Shown piece by piece: positions 18,433 to 27,630 of a stretch of DNA of 59,449 nt. The translations under genes were made by a program, and so were the position numbers. This stretch comes from Natronospirales bacterium (GTDB taxonomy: Bacteria > Pseudomonadota > Gammaproteobacteria > Natronospirales > REEB76): positions 1-59,449 of the forward strand of contig JAGXAL010000002.1 in the NCBI GenBank assembly GCA_018971605.1. Reading direction: 5' to 3'. The first letter of the stretch is position 1, and the number at the start of each line of letters is the position of its first letter. A model generated the notes under the pieces. It did not search any database. It was not told the origin of the DNA and was given only the letters and a program-made list of their open reading frames with translations.

Positions 18433-18436
18433 AGGT

Positions 18437-21127
18437 TTACGCCGGGGACGTGCCGCCGAGTGTCAGGCGCGCGATCACGGTGTCCAGCTCGCCCGCAACC
18501 TGTCCGAGGTGAAAACCCAGGCGCGTGCACAAGTCCAGCATGTTGCGGTTCTCGCGCAACACCAGGCCGTGAATCTCCCGGATCCCGCGGCTGCGGGCGT
18601 AGTCGATGAGCGTCCGCATGAGGCGCGTGCCGACGCCGCGCCCGGCGTACTCGTGCGATACCAGCAGTGCGAACTCGGCGCGCTCGAAATCGGGGTCGGC
18701 GGCGAGTTGGGCGAGGGCGTGGATGTCGCTGCGGCCGGGAAGCCCGGGCGCGCACAGCACCCAGCTCATTTCACGCTCGTAGTCGATTTGCGTGAGGCGC
18801 GCGGCCAGCGCGCGCGGCAGGATTTTCATGCTGTGCATGAAACGCAGGTAGATTTCCTCGGGCGTGAGCACGCTGAACAGGCGTTGCAGCGCGTGCTCGT
18901 CCTCGGGCAGCACCGGCCTGAGCGTCAAACTGCGCCCGTCGTCGAGCCGAAAGTCACACTCAAGTTCGCGCGGGTAAGGGCGAATCGCGAGCCGGGATTC
19001 CGCGGCTTTGTTCGCGCGCACGAGCCGCACGCGCGCATCCAGCGCCAGCACGCCTTCACCGTCGGCCAGCAGCGGATTGATGTCGAGTTCCGCGACCTCG
19101 GTGAGTTCGGCGGCGAGCTGCGCAAGTTTCACCAGCGTCAGCGCCACGGCGTCGCGCTTCGCGGCGGGCCGGTCGCGATAACCCGCGAGCAGGCGCGCGA
19201 CACGCGTCTGCTGCATGAGCATGCCGGCGAGATGCAGATTGAGCGGCGGCAGGGCCAGGGCGATGTCACCGATCACCTCGGCCGCGGTGCCGCCCTGGCC
19301 GAACAGTACTACCGGACCGAATTGCGCATCGCTGCCGATGCCGGCGATGAGTTCGTGCGCCTGGCGACGCTGCACCATGGTCTGCACGGCGAAGCCCGCG
19401 AGCGTCGCATCCGGGCGACGCGCGGCCACTTGGGCACGCATGTTTTGCGCGGCAGCAGCCACCGCGGCGGCATCCGGCAGACCCAGCGCCACGCCGCCCA
19501 CGTCCGACTTGTGGGTGATCTGCGGCGAAACGATTTTCAGCACATAGGGCGGCGCGAGTTCACTCGCCAAGCCTGCGGCGTCCTCGGGCGTAGCGGCGAA
19601 GCGCGTGGCCACGGTGGGGATCGCGTAACACTCGAGCAAGCTCTTGGATTCGATCTCGCTGAGCCACTCGCGGCCCTCGGCAAGCGCCGCACTGATGAGC
19701 GTACGCGCACCTTGGGTGTCCGGCAGAAACTCCTCCGGCGAGGATGGCGGAGTCTGGGTCAGCATTTCCTGGTTGTCGCGATAGTCGGCGAGGTACATGA
19801 AGGCCTGCACCGCCGCCTCCGGCGTGTCGTAACTCGGTACGCGCGCCGCAGCCAGCGCGCTGCGTGCGGACAGGACCGCCTCGCCGCCCACCCAGCTTGC
19901 CAGCAGTGGTTTGGCATCCTGGGCGCACGCCGCGACGATGACTTCCCGGGCCACCTCCTGCGGGTCGCTTACGCCCGTCGGGCAGTAAAGCGCGAGCATG
20001 GCATCCAGCCCCGGATCGCCCGCAAGCGCTTGCAAGGCGGTGCGGTAACGCGCGCCATCGGCGTCGCCGATGATGTCCACGGGATTGGCGTGCGACCAGG
20101 TGTGCGGCAGCCGCGCGTCGAGCGCGGCCAGCGTTTCCGGTTGGAGTTCCGCGAGCGCGCCGCCGCGGTCGAGCAGCGCGTCGGTGGCGAGCACGCCCAG
20201 GCCGCCGCCGTTGGTGACGATGCCGAGGCGCCGTCCCCGCGGCGGGCGCGCGGCAGTCAGAATGTCCGCAGCGCCGAAGAGCGCACCCAGATGCGGCACG
20301 CGCAACATGCCGGCGCGGCGGAAAGCGGCGTCGTAGACGCGGTCGCTGCCGGCGAGTGCGCCAGTGTGCGTGGCGGCCGCTTGCGCCGCCTGCGCGTGGC
20401 GTCCGCCTTTCACCACCACCACCGGTTTCAAACGTGCGGCGGCGCGCGCCGCGCTCATGAATTTGCGCGCCTCACGGATGCCTTCGATGTAGAGCAGCAC
20501 CGCCTGGGTTTCGGGATCGGTGGCCAGCCAGTCGAGCAAGTCGCCGAAGTCCACGTCCGCCATGTCGCCGAGCGAGATCAAATGCGAGAAGCCGATGCCG
20601 CGCGGCCGCGCCCAGTCGAGCACCGCCGAGAGCAGCGCGCCGGATTGCGTAAGGAAGGCGAGCCGTCCGGGCGCCGCAGAGGCCGGCGCGAAGCTGGCGT
20701 TGAGCGCGAGCGGCGGGTTGAGCACGCCGATGCAATTGGGACCGATGATGCGCAGGGTGTAGGGCCGGGCCGCATCCAGGATTGCCTGCTGCAACGCGCG
20801 GCCTGCATCGCCGGCTTCGCCGAAACCGGCGCTGACCACGATGGCGGCACGCGTGCCGCGCTCGCCGAGCGCCTGCACCACTTGCGGCACCGTGGCGGCC
20901 GGTGTGCAGATCACCGCGAGATCCGGAGCTTCGGGCAGCGCCGCCGCATCCGGGAAGCACGGCCGGCCATTGAGCGTCGCGTGCTTGGGGTTGAGGAAAT
21001 AAAGTTCGCCCTTGAAGTCCAGCAGATTGCGGGCCAGCGCTGCGCCCACCGTACCGGGTGTGGCGCTGGCCCCAATCAGTGCCACGCTTTGCGGTCGCAG
21101 CAGGAATTGCAGGTTGCGCAGGCTCAT
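18437..21127 (-). CDS. Pat/YfiQ-type protein lysine acetyltransferase (NDP-forming acyl-CoA synthetase-like domains + C-terminal GNAT)
   Basis: The N-terminus has a CoA-binding segment (PQSVALIGAS ... FLNPKH). The middle has succinyl-CoA-synthetase-like and ATP-grasp segments. The C-terminus has the GNAT motif (VSHEYAGRGVGTRLM). Start taken at MSLRNL (ATG 21127). Confidence 0.85.
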   Translation of the reverse strand: MSLRNLQFLLRPQSVALIGASATPGTVGAALARNLLDFKGELYFLNPKHATLNGRPCFPDAAALPEAPDLAVICTPAATVPQVVQALGERGTRAAIVVSAGFGEAGDAGRALQQAILDAARPYTLRIIGPNCIGVLNPPLALNASFAPASAAPGRLAFLTQSGALLSAVLDWARPRGIGFSHLISLGDMADVDFGDLLDWLATDPETQAVLLYIEGIREARKFMSAARAAARLKPVVVVKGGRHAQAAQAAATHTGALAGSDRVYDAAFRRAGMLRVPHLGALFGAADILTAARPPRGRRLGIVTNGGGLGVLATDALLDRGGALAELQPETLAALDARLPHTWSHANPVDIIGDADGARYRTALQALAGDPGLDAMLALYCPTGVSDPQEVAREVIVAACAQDAKPLLASWVGGEAVLSARSALAAARVPSYDTPEAAVQAFMYLADYRDNQEMLTQTPPSSPEEFLPDTQGARTLISAALAEGREWLSEIESKSLLECYAIPTVATRFAATPEDAAGLASELAPPYVLKIVSPQITHKSDVGGVALGLPDAAAVAAAAQNMRAQVAARRPDATLAGFAVQTMVQRRQAHELIAGIGSDAQFGPVVLFGQGGTAAEVIGDIALALPPLNLHLAGMLMQQTRVARLLAGYRDRPAAKRDAVALTLVKLAQLAAELTEVAELDINPLLADGEGVLALDARVRLVRANKAAESRLAIRPYPRELECDFRLDDGRSLTLRPVLPEDEHALQRLFSVLTPEEIYLRFMHSMKILPRALAARLTQIDYEREMSWVLCAPGLPGRSDIHALAQLAADPDFERAEFALLVSHEYAGRGVGTRLMRTLIDYARSRGIREIHGLVLRENRNMLDLCTRLGFHLGQVAGELDTVIARLTLGGTSPA

Positions 21128-21160
21128 GCGTGGCTTATTCCCGCACGCGCCGCACAATGC

Positions 21161-21538
21161 TCAGGGTTGCGATTTGTCGCGCTCACCGCAGAAGATGTAG
21201 TTGCCGCCGAACTGCGGTTCGGACCAGCAGGCAAATCGCTCGCGGTCCAGCGGACGAAACTCGCCCACCGTACTCGGTGCCGGCGGCGGCGTCATGGCTT
21301 GGGGACTGGCGGCAGTGTGGGCCATCTCCAAGCTCTTCCATTGGCGATAAGCACGTGCGTTCTGCAGCCGGTAACGGCAGTCGACATAAGCCGTATCGGG
21401 GTAGTGCAGGCCCTGACCGACGCAGTACTCGTCATCCTGACGCATGTTCTGCAGTTCGTTGGCATGCCGGCGCGCTTCGAGATTTGCGCAGCCGGCAGTC
21501 AGCACCACTAGGGTCAACAGGATCAACGTGCGTTGCAT
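21161..21538 (-). CDS. hypothetical lipoprotein
   Basis: Signal peptide with lipobox LTAGC. 125 aa with 5 further Cys residues. Lies 33 nt upstream of pat on the same strand. Confidence 0.55.
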   Translation of the reverse strand: MQRTLILLTLVVLTAGCANLEARRHANELQNMRQDDEYCVGQGLHYPDTAYVDCRYRLQNARAYRQWKSLEMAHTAASPQAMTPPPAPSTVGEFRPLDRERFACWSEPQFGGNYIFCGERDKSQP

Positions 21539-21610
21539 GAGGCACCTCCGGCTGTCGGCGGGATCGCGGCAGCCACGCGCACAAATTAGACGCTCACCGC
21601 CGCGCCGTCC

Positions 21611-21624
21611 CTGATTTGGATCAA
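21611..21624 (-). promoter_or_regulatory. Crp/Fnr-family box (CTGATTTGGATCAA), probable promoter of lipoprotein-pat
   Basis: The minus-strand hexamer TAATTT (21583-21588) is exactly 32 bp from the box centre. The box lies 79.5 nt upstream of ATG 21538. Confidence 0.55.
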
Positions 21625-21649
21625 GTCAGGCCCTGCACCGCGCCAGTGT

Positions 21650-21663
21650 ATGACCTGGATCAA
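21650..21663 (+). promoter_or_regulatory. Crp/Fnr-family box (ATGACCTGGATCAA), probable promoter of the flavodoxin gene
   Basis: TATCTT at 21687-21692 is 33 bp from the box centre. The box lies 84.5 nt upstream of ATG 21741. Confidence 0.55.
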
Positions 21664-21740
21664 TGCCCGGCGCGGCCCGCAGCGAGTATCTTTTCCGGCA
21701 GCGGCAGTTGCCGGCATTGGGCATGCAAGCGGAGGCGTTG

Positions 21741-22226
21741 ATGAACAGGGCATTGCTGGTTTACTACTCGCGCACCGGGTACACGGCTGCGATTGCCAAG
21801 GACTTGGCCAACGCGGGCGGCTGGGACGTCGAGCAAATTCACGATCGGCATCCGCGCCTGGGCGGCTGGGGTTTTCTGCGCTGCCTGTTCGACGTGGTGT
21901 CCGGCCGGCATCCCGCCATTCAGCCCACGGAAAAAAATCCCGGCGACTATGGACTAGTGATTCTGGGCGCGCCGGTGTGGATGGGCAGACTGTCCGCGCC
22001 GCTGCACACTTACATCGCGCAACAGCGGCAAGGCTTCAGGCGCATCGCCTTCTTTTGTACCTATGGCGGCAAGGGTGCGGAGCGCGCGGCGCAAGACTGC
22101 GCGCAGTTCGTCGGCCGACCTCTGGAGGCGACGCTCGCCATCACCGATGCGGAGATCGATACCGGCCGTTACTGGGACAAGCTCGGCGAGTTCCAGCGCC
22201 GGGTTGCCGGGCTCGCCGGCGAATAG
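21741..22226 (+). CDS. flavodoxin-fold family protein
   Basis: N-terminal LLVYYSRTGYT, a flavodoxin-like FMN loop. Also has LVILGAPVW and FFCTYGG strands. RBS GGAGG at 21731-21735. Confidence 0.7.
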   Translation: MNRALLVYYSRTGYTAAIAKDLANAGGWDVEQIHDRHPRLGGWGFLRCLFDVVSGRHPAIQPTEKNPGDYGLVILGAPVWMGRLSAPLHTYIAQQRQGFRRIAFFCTYGGKGAERAAQDCAQFVGRPLEATLAITDAEIDTGRYWDKLGEFQRRVAGLAGE

Positions 22227-22247
22227 CCGCGGCGGCGTGCGCAGTGG

Positions 22248-22261
22248 CTGATCCAGGTCAA
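22248..22261 (+). promoter_or_regulatory. Crp/Fnr-family box (CTGATCCAGGTCAA), promoter of the CBS-APH/P-loop operon
   Basis: TAAGCT (22284-22289) is exactly 32 bp from the box centre. The box lies 73.5 nt upstream of ATG 22328. Confidence 0.65.
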
Positions 22262-22327
22262 GACATGCCGTGAGCCTGCGCCCTAAGCTGGGTATAGGTT
22301 GGCTGTGGAAGAATTGGAGGATGCAAC

Positions 22328-22777
22328 ATGAATATCGGAGATATTTGCAGCCGTGCGGTGGTCAGCATCGGTGTCAACGACCCGGTGCGGCAGGCCGCGG
22401 AAATGATGAGGAATTACCACGTCGGCAGCCTAGTGGTGACCGAGAGCAGCGACGGTGGTCTGACGCCGGTCGGCATGCTCACCGATCGTGACATCGTGGT
22501 CGGCATCGTGGCCAAGGATGTGGATCCGCTGACGGTCACGGTGGGCGACATCATGAGTCCGGATCCGCTGATTGCCGCGGAAGACGACGATGTCGCGGAA
22601 ATCCTCGAGGACATGCGCAAGCAAGGCGTGCGCCGCATCCCGGTGGTGGATGAGGCTGACAAGCTGATCGGTATCTTCGCGCTGGACGACCTGCTGCAAT
22701 TGCTGGCGGTGCAGATGGACCTGGTGGCCGGCATCGTGGGCTCGCAGCGCCTCGAGGAAACCCGCCTACGCGCCTGA
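22328..22777 (+). CDS. CBS domain pair protein
   Basis: 149 aa with two CBS repeats (HVGSLVV...GMLTDRDIV and VRRIPVVD...IGIFALDDLL). RBS GGAGG at 22316-22320. Confidence 0.85.
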   Translation: MNIGDICSRAVVSIGVNDPVRQAAEMMRNYHVGSLVVTESSDGGLTPVGMLTDRDIVVGIVAKDVDPLTVTVGDIMSPDPLIAAEDDDVAEILEDMRKQGVRRIPVVDEADKLIGIFALDDLLQLLAVQMDLVAGIVGSQRLEETRLRA

Positions 22778-22818
22778 CCGTGCGCGACAGTTCCGACACG
22801 CAATATCGCGAGCGGGCC

Positions 22819-24387
22819 ATGACGGCTGAAACGGAGGTCGGGGTGCTGATCTCCGCTTTGCGCGATTCGCGTTGTTATCGGCACGCGGTCACTGGAATTG
22901 AAGTCGTGGAGACGCATGCCTCCTGGGTGCTGCTCACCGGCGAGCATGCCTACAAGATCAAGAAGCCGGTGAATCTGGGGTTTCTGGATTATTCGACGCT
23001 CGCAAAACGCCGTGCGGCCTGCACCGAGGAGCTGCGCCTGAGCCGCGCGCTCGCGCCGGAACTTTATCTCGACGTGGTGCCCATCACCGGCTCGGTGCGG
23101 GCACCGGTCATGAACGGTGCCGGTACGCCAATCGAATACGCACTGCACATGCGCGAGTTCGACCGCAGCCAGCAACTGGATGCGCTGCTCGCTGCCGGGC
23201 GGCTCGGCGAGCGCGACATGGACACTGTGGCCGATTACGTAGCCGCGTTTCACCTCGGCGCGCCGCGCGCCGCAGCGCCAGGCCCTTATGGCGTGCCCGC
23301 GGAGTTGCAGGCGGCGGCGCAGGACAACTTCGCTACGCTCGCGCCGCTGCTCGCCGGTCATTACGCCGCAGCACTCGCGCGCGTTCAGGCGTGGAGCGCT
23401 GCCGAGTACCTGCGCTGCCGCGAACTCATGGAAAACCGCCGGGCACAAGGCTGGATACGCGAGTGCCACGGCGACCTGCATCTTGCCAATCTCGCGCGTT
23501 ACGGCGGACGCCTGCTCGCTTTCGACCGCATCGAATTCGATCCGGTCTTGCGCTGGCTCGACGTGCTGAACGATACCGCGTTCCTGGTGATGGATCTGCT
23601 GGCGCGCGGGCGCCGCGATCTGGCTTGGCGTTTCCTGAACGGTTATCTGCAGCACACCGGCGATTACCGCGGGCTGTCACTCTTGCGCTATTACCTGGTG
23701 TATCGCGCGTTGGTGCGCGCCAAGGTCACGCTCTTGAAAGCGCGTCAGGCAGGCGTGGCCTTCGGCCTGGTGCCGGCCGAGGCCGAGCGCTATCTCGAGT
23801 TGGCGAGTGCGCTGGTCGAACCCACGCAGCCGCGGCTGGTGCTGATGCACGGTCTTTCGGGCTCCGGCAAGACCTGGTTGAGCGAGCGGCTCATGACCCG
23901 GCTGCCCGCGATCCGCCTGCGCTCGGACATCGAGAGGAAGCGCCTGCATGGCCTGATGCCTCTGGCACGCAGCGGCTCAGCCCCGGGGGCGCATTTATAT
24001 GATGTAGATACCACGGCCGAGACCTATCACGAGCTTCTGGCGCTCGCCGAGATCGGACTCGCCGCCGGTTACCACGTGATCGTGGACGCCGTGTTCCTGC
24101 TGCGCTGGCAGCGGCGGCTGTTCCGCGAACTCGCGGCGCGGCGTGCCTGGCCCTGGGTGATCGTCGAATGCCGCGCGCCGGAAATCCTGCTGCGCGAGCG
24201 CCTCGAGGCGCGGGGCGCGGCGGCTAACGACGCCTCGGAAGCCGGACTCGCGGTGCTCGATTACCAGTTGCGCTCGCGCGAGACGCTCGACCGGCGTGAG
24301 CGTGAGCATGTCATCGTAGTGGACAACCGGACTGCGCCCGATCCCGCCGCCGTCAGCGCCCGCGTCTTGAGCTGGTCGCAGGTGTGA
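22819..24387 (+). CDS. bifunctional aminoglycoside-phosphotransferase-like / P-loop ATP-binding protein
   Basis: The N-terminal half is APH/kinase-like (ETHASWVLLTGEHAYKIKKP; HGDLHLAN catalytic loop). The C-terminal half has the Walker A motif GLSGSGKT. Confidence 0.75.
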   Translation: MTAETEVGVLISALRDSRCYRHAVTGIEVVETHASWVLLTGEHAYKIKKPVNLGFLDYSTLAKRRAACTEELRLSRALAPELYLDVVPITGSVRAPVMNGAGTPIEYALHMREFDRSQQLDALLAAGRLGERDMDTVADYVAAFHLGAPRAAAPGPYGVPAELQAAAQDNFATLAPLLAGHYAAALARVQAWSAAEYLRCRELMENRRAQGWIRECHGDLHLANLARYGGRLLAFDRIEFDPVLRWLDVLNDTAFLVMDLLARGRRDLAWRFLNGYLQHTGDYRGLSLLRYYLVYRALVRAKVTLLKARQAGVAFGLVPAEAERYLELASALVEPTQPRLVLMHGLSGSGKTWLSERLMTRLPAIRLRSDIERKRLHGLMPLARSGSAPGAHLYDVDTTAETYHELLALAEIGLAAGYHVIVDAVFLLRWQRRLFRELAARRAWPWVIVECRAPEILLRERLEARGAAANDASEAGLAVLDYQLRSRETLDRREREHVIVVDNRTAPDPAAVSARVLSWSQV

Positions 24388-24406
24388 GCGGGCTTTCCGT
24401 GCCCGC
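24388..24406. terminator. GC-rich hairpin between convergent genes (GCGGGC-N7-GCCCGC), weak terminator candidate
   Basis: A 6-bp perfect stem with a 7-nt loop fills the 22-bp gap between two convergent stop codons. There is no U-run on either strand, so it is not a canonical intrinsic terminator. Confidence 0.25.
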
Positions 24407-24409
24407 ACT

Positions 24410-26701
24410 TCAGGCGTGCGCGAGGCTCTGGTAAATCTCCTCCTCCTGCGCGAAGTGCAGCCGCAGTATGGCGTCGAGCGCATACAGCAGCCGCTGCAAA
24501 TCACGCAGGGCTTCGGCATCCGGGCCTGGCGCGGGCAGCCGTGTGACGAGGCTGCTGAATTGTCGATGCAGACGGAAAATTTCCCGGTGGCTGCGGCTCA
24601 TCGCCGCCATCGGGTCATCGCCGCCCAGCAGCGCGGCCACCGCCGGATAGACCTGGCGGTCGTCGGCGCGTTCGTGCGGCAACAACTGCTGCTGCAGCAG
24701 CGTATCGAGTTCCTTGAGCACCGCCGGCACCTCGGTGCGTGGCAAGCCCGGCAGGCGATCGGCCACCGTGGTCAGCCGGTCGAGCACCGGCGCGAGCAGG
24801 GCGTGCTCTTGGCGCAGGCGCTCGGATTCCTCCGGGGTCAGGTTGTGCTGGCTGGCGCGCAAGGGATGGATGCGCAAGGCGCGCAGCGCATTGAGAATCA
24901 CCGCCACGTCGATAATCTCCTGCAGGATGGCGCCGTACAGCGGCGGCAGGTAACCGGCGGCGGCCACCAGCATGGCCGCGAGCGACAAGCCCATGCCGGC
25001 GAACACGCTCTGCAGCGCGATGCGGCGTGTGGCCCGCGCGATGTGCAGCGCCTCAGCCAGCCGGTCGAGACGATCCACCAGCAGCACGATGCCGGCGGCC
25101 TCCGCGGAGGCGGTGGCGCCGCGTGCGCCCATGGCCACGCCGACGCTGGCGGCGGCGAGCGCCGGGGCATCGTTCACCCCGTCGCCCACCATCACGGTCG
25201 GTCCCGCACTGCGCGCTGCCTTGAGCATTTCCAGTTTATGCGCCGGCGTTTGCTCGGCGAGCACTTCGTCCACGCCCAATCCGCTGCCGATAGCTTCGGC
25301 GACGTCGCGGCGGTCGCCGGTCAGCATCACGATTCGGCGGAAGCCCGCACGCCGCAGCAGGCGCAAGGCCCGCGGGGTTTCCATGCGCAGCTGGTCGGCG
25401 AGCAGCAGCACGCCGGCAAATTTTCCGTCAATGGCCACGAGCACGGTCGACGTGCCTTCGGTGCCGGCACGCTCCAGCAGCTCGCGCACCGCTGCCGGCA
25501 CCGGCGCGATGCGTGCGAGATAGCCGAGCGAACCCGCGACCACGCGTTTGCCGTCAACCGTGCCGCGCATGCCGGCGCCCACGGTTTCCACCACGTCTTT
25601 GGGAATGCTGAGCGCCAATCCGCGCGCCTGCGCCGCGCGCACTACCGCAGCGGCGATCACATGATGCGACATCTGTTCCAGCGAAGCCGCGGTCGCCAGC
25701 AGTTCATTCTCCCCGCCGGCGGCCGTGCTCTTGATCTCCACTAGGCGCGCCTCGCCGCCGGTGAGTGTGCCGGTCTTGTCGAAGAACAGGGTGCGCGCGC
25801 CCGCCAGGGTTTCCAGCGCGGCGCCGCCCTTGACCAGAATTCCGCGCTTGGCGCAGCGCGACATTCCGGAAACCATGGCCACCGGTACGGCCAGAATCAG
25901 CGGGCAGGGCGTGGCCACCACCACCACTGCCAAAGCCCGCAGCGCTTCGCCGCTCACGGCCCAGGCGATAGCGGCCAGCACCAGAGTTACCGGGATGAAC
26001 CACAGCGCGTAGCGGTCGGCCAGCCGCGAGGCGGGCGCGCGCGAACGCTGCGCCGCTTCCACCAGCTTCACGATGCCGGCAAAAGTGCTGTCGGCCGCCG
26101 TCGCGGAGGCCAGCAGGTCAAAAGAATCCGCGGCATTCAGCGTGCCGCTGTGCAGCCACGCGCCCCGCTCATAGGCCACCGGCACGGATTCGCCGGTGAG
26201 CGCCGCTTCATCCAGGACTGCGCGTGCCGCAATCAGAGTCCCGTCCACCGGCACCACTTCGCCGTGCCTTACGAGCAGGCGATCACCGGCGTTGACTGCG
26301 GCGAGGGGTACAGCAATGAGCTGGCCGTTGCTGTAACGACTGACAGTACGCGGGACCCTGGCGAGCAGGGCCGACATCTCGCGGCCGGCGCGGCGTTCCG
26401 CAAAACTCTCCAGCAGCCGGCCGCTCGCCAGCATCACCGCGATCACCGCGGCCGTCAGATTCTGGTGCAAGGCGATCGCCGCCACGATTGAAATCAGCGC
26501 CAGCAGGTCCACGCCCAGTTCGCGCCGCCACAGCGCCGCCAGCATTCCCTGCAGGAGCGACGCGACCGCCGGCACCGCGGCCGCCGCCCATACCCAGCCG
26601 GCCGTATCGCGAAGACCCGCAAGGCCAAGCACTGCACCCACGAGCAGACCGGCCGTACAGGCGGCGAACACGGCGATGTCGATGTGCCAGCGGATTTTCA
26701 T
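24410..26701 (-). CDS. P1B-type heavy-metal ATPase, P1B-5-like (TPCP motif, no N-terminal metal-binding domain, C-terminal hemerythrin-like domain)
   Basis: Contains DKTGTLT, TGD, GDGVNDAP, and the TM motif VVATPCPLILAVP. The last ~150 aa carry H/E-rich hemerythrin-type helices (HREIFRLHRQF ... LRLHFAQEEE). Start taken at MKIRWH (ATG 26701). Confidence 0.85.
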   Translation of the reverse strand: MKIRWHIDIAVFAACTAGLLVGAVLGLAGLRDTAGWVWAAAAVPAVASLLQGMLAALWRRELGVDLLALISIVAAIALHQNLTAAVIAVMLASGRLLESFAERRAGREMSALLARVPRTVSRYSNGQLIAVPLAAVNAGDRLLVRHGEVVPVDGTLIAARAVLDEAALTGESVPVAYERGAWLHSGTLNAADSFDLLASATAADSTFAGIVKLVEAAQRSRAPASRLADRYALWFIPVTLVLAAIAWAVSGEALRALAVVVVATPCPLILAVPVAMVSGMSRCAKRGILVKGGAALETLAGARTLFFDKTGTLTGGEARLVEIKSTAAGGENELLATAASLEQMSHHVIAAAVVRAAQARGLALSIPKDVVETVGAGMRGTVDGKRVVAGSLGYLARIAPVPAAVRELLERAGTEGTSTVLVAIDGKFAGVLLLADQLRMETPRALRLLRRAGFRRIVMLTGDRRDVAEAIGSGLGVDEVLAEQTPAHKLEMLKAARSAGPTVMVGDGVNDAPALAAASVGVAMGARGATASAEAAGIVLLVDRLDRLAEALHIARATRRIALQSVFAGMGLSLAAMLVAAAGYLPPLYGAILQEIIDVAVILNALRALRIHPLRASQHNLTPEESERLRQEHALLAPVLDRLTTVADRLPGLPRTEVPAVLKELDTLLQQQLLPHERADDRQVYPAVAALLGGDDPMAAMSRSHREIFRLHRQFSSLVTRLPAPGPDAEALRDLQRLLYALDAILRLHFAQEEEIYQSLAHA

Positions 26702-26807
26702 GGGGTCACTGCCACCTGCCTTGCCAGGCAGCCGGGTTTTACTGTCGGCCGGTGCGACCGGGAATGCATGACGGTGCAGCACCTTAGGCCCTGACGAGCG
26801 TGAAAAA

Positions 26808-26821
26808 ATTGATCCATGTCA
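26808..26821. promoter_or_regulatory. Crp/Fnr-family box (TTGATCCATGTCAA) positioned to serve both divergent promoters
   Basis: TAGTTT (26844-26849, plus strand) and TAAGGT (26780-26785, minus-strand reading) each lie exactly 32 bp from the box centre. Confidence 0.65.
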
Positions 26822-26996
26822 AGGCCCGGCCCGACGGACCTGCGTAGTTTATACGGCGTTCCGCTGTGCTGATCGTCGTAATCCGCTGGCTGGATTCACG
26901 CGGTGATCAAGCCTTGGGCACGCCTTTTGAGGCGGGCCAGTGGTAGCGGCAGGGATGCGTAAATGGATACCGCTCTATGGCGCAACAGGAGGAGGC

Positions 26997-27581
26997 ATGC
27001 ACACGTTGATGGACCAACCCTTGGATAAAGTATCGCGATTTTTGCACCTGGGCCTCGCGGTCTTCGGTGTCGCGGCCTGGCTGATCGGTTCCGGCTGGAT
27101 CGGCGCCGGCGCCGGCGATTACGATCACGCCGATCATTTCTGGTACCTCCAGCACCGCTGGATCGGTATCACCTTCACCGCATTCCTGCTGGCGCGCGTG
27201 CTCTGGGGATTCGTCGGGCCCGCGAGTGCGCGTTTCGTGAATTGGGTGCCCTGGAGCTGGGCGCGCTTCAAGCTGGTCATCGAGGATGTGCAGGGCCTGC
27301 TCAGATTCCGCATACCCGACCGGTCGAGCCACCAGGGGCTGTCCGGCCTGGTGCAGTCGCTGGGCTTGCTGGTGTTTCTGTGGCTGGGAGTGAGCGGCCT
27401 CATGAATGCAGTCGCGATCACGCCCGGCGTGAAACTCACCGGCTGGATGCGCGAGGTCAAGGAGCTGCACGAAATCGGCGACGTGCTGGTGCCCGCGTAT
27501 CTCATCCTGCACGTCGGCGGCGCGTTATTGCACAGCCTGACCGGCAGGCCGGTGTGGAAGAAGATGGTGTTTCTTGAATGA
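26997..27581 (+). CDS. cytochrome b561 / Ni-hydrogenase b-type cytochrome family membrane protein
   Basis: Four predicted TM helices with conserved His residues (HLGLAVF, HQGLSG, HEIGDVLVPAYLILHVGGALLH). RBS GGAGGAGG precedes ATG 26997. Confidence 0.7.
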   Translation: MHTLMDQPLDKVSRFLHLGLAVFGVAAWLIGSGWIGAGAGDYDHADHFWYLQHRWIGITFTAFLLARVLWGFVGPASARFVNWVPWSWARFKLVIEDVQGLLRFRIPDRSSHQGLSGLVQSLGLLVFLWLGVSGLMNAVAITPGVKLTGWMREVKELHEIGDVLVPAYLILHVGGALLHSLTGRPVWKKMVFLE

Positions 27582-27630
27582 GCCGACTTTTTCAACAGGC
27601 GAACAGAGGTCTGACCTCAAGGAGATGGTT

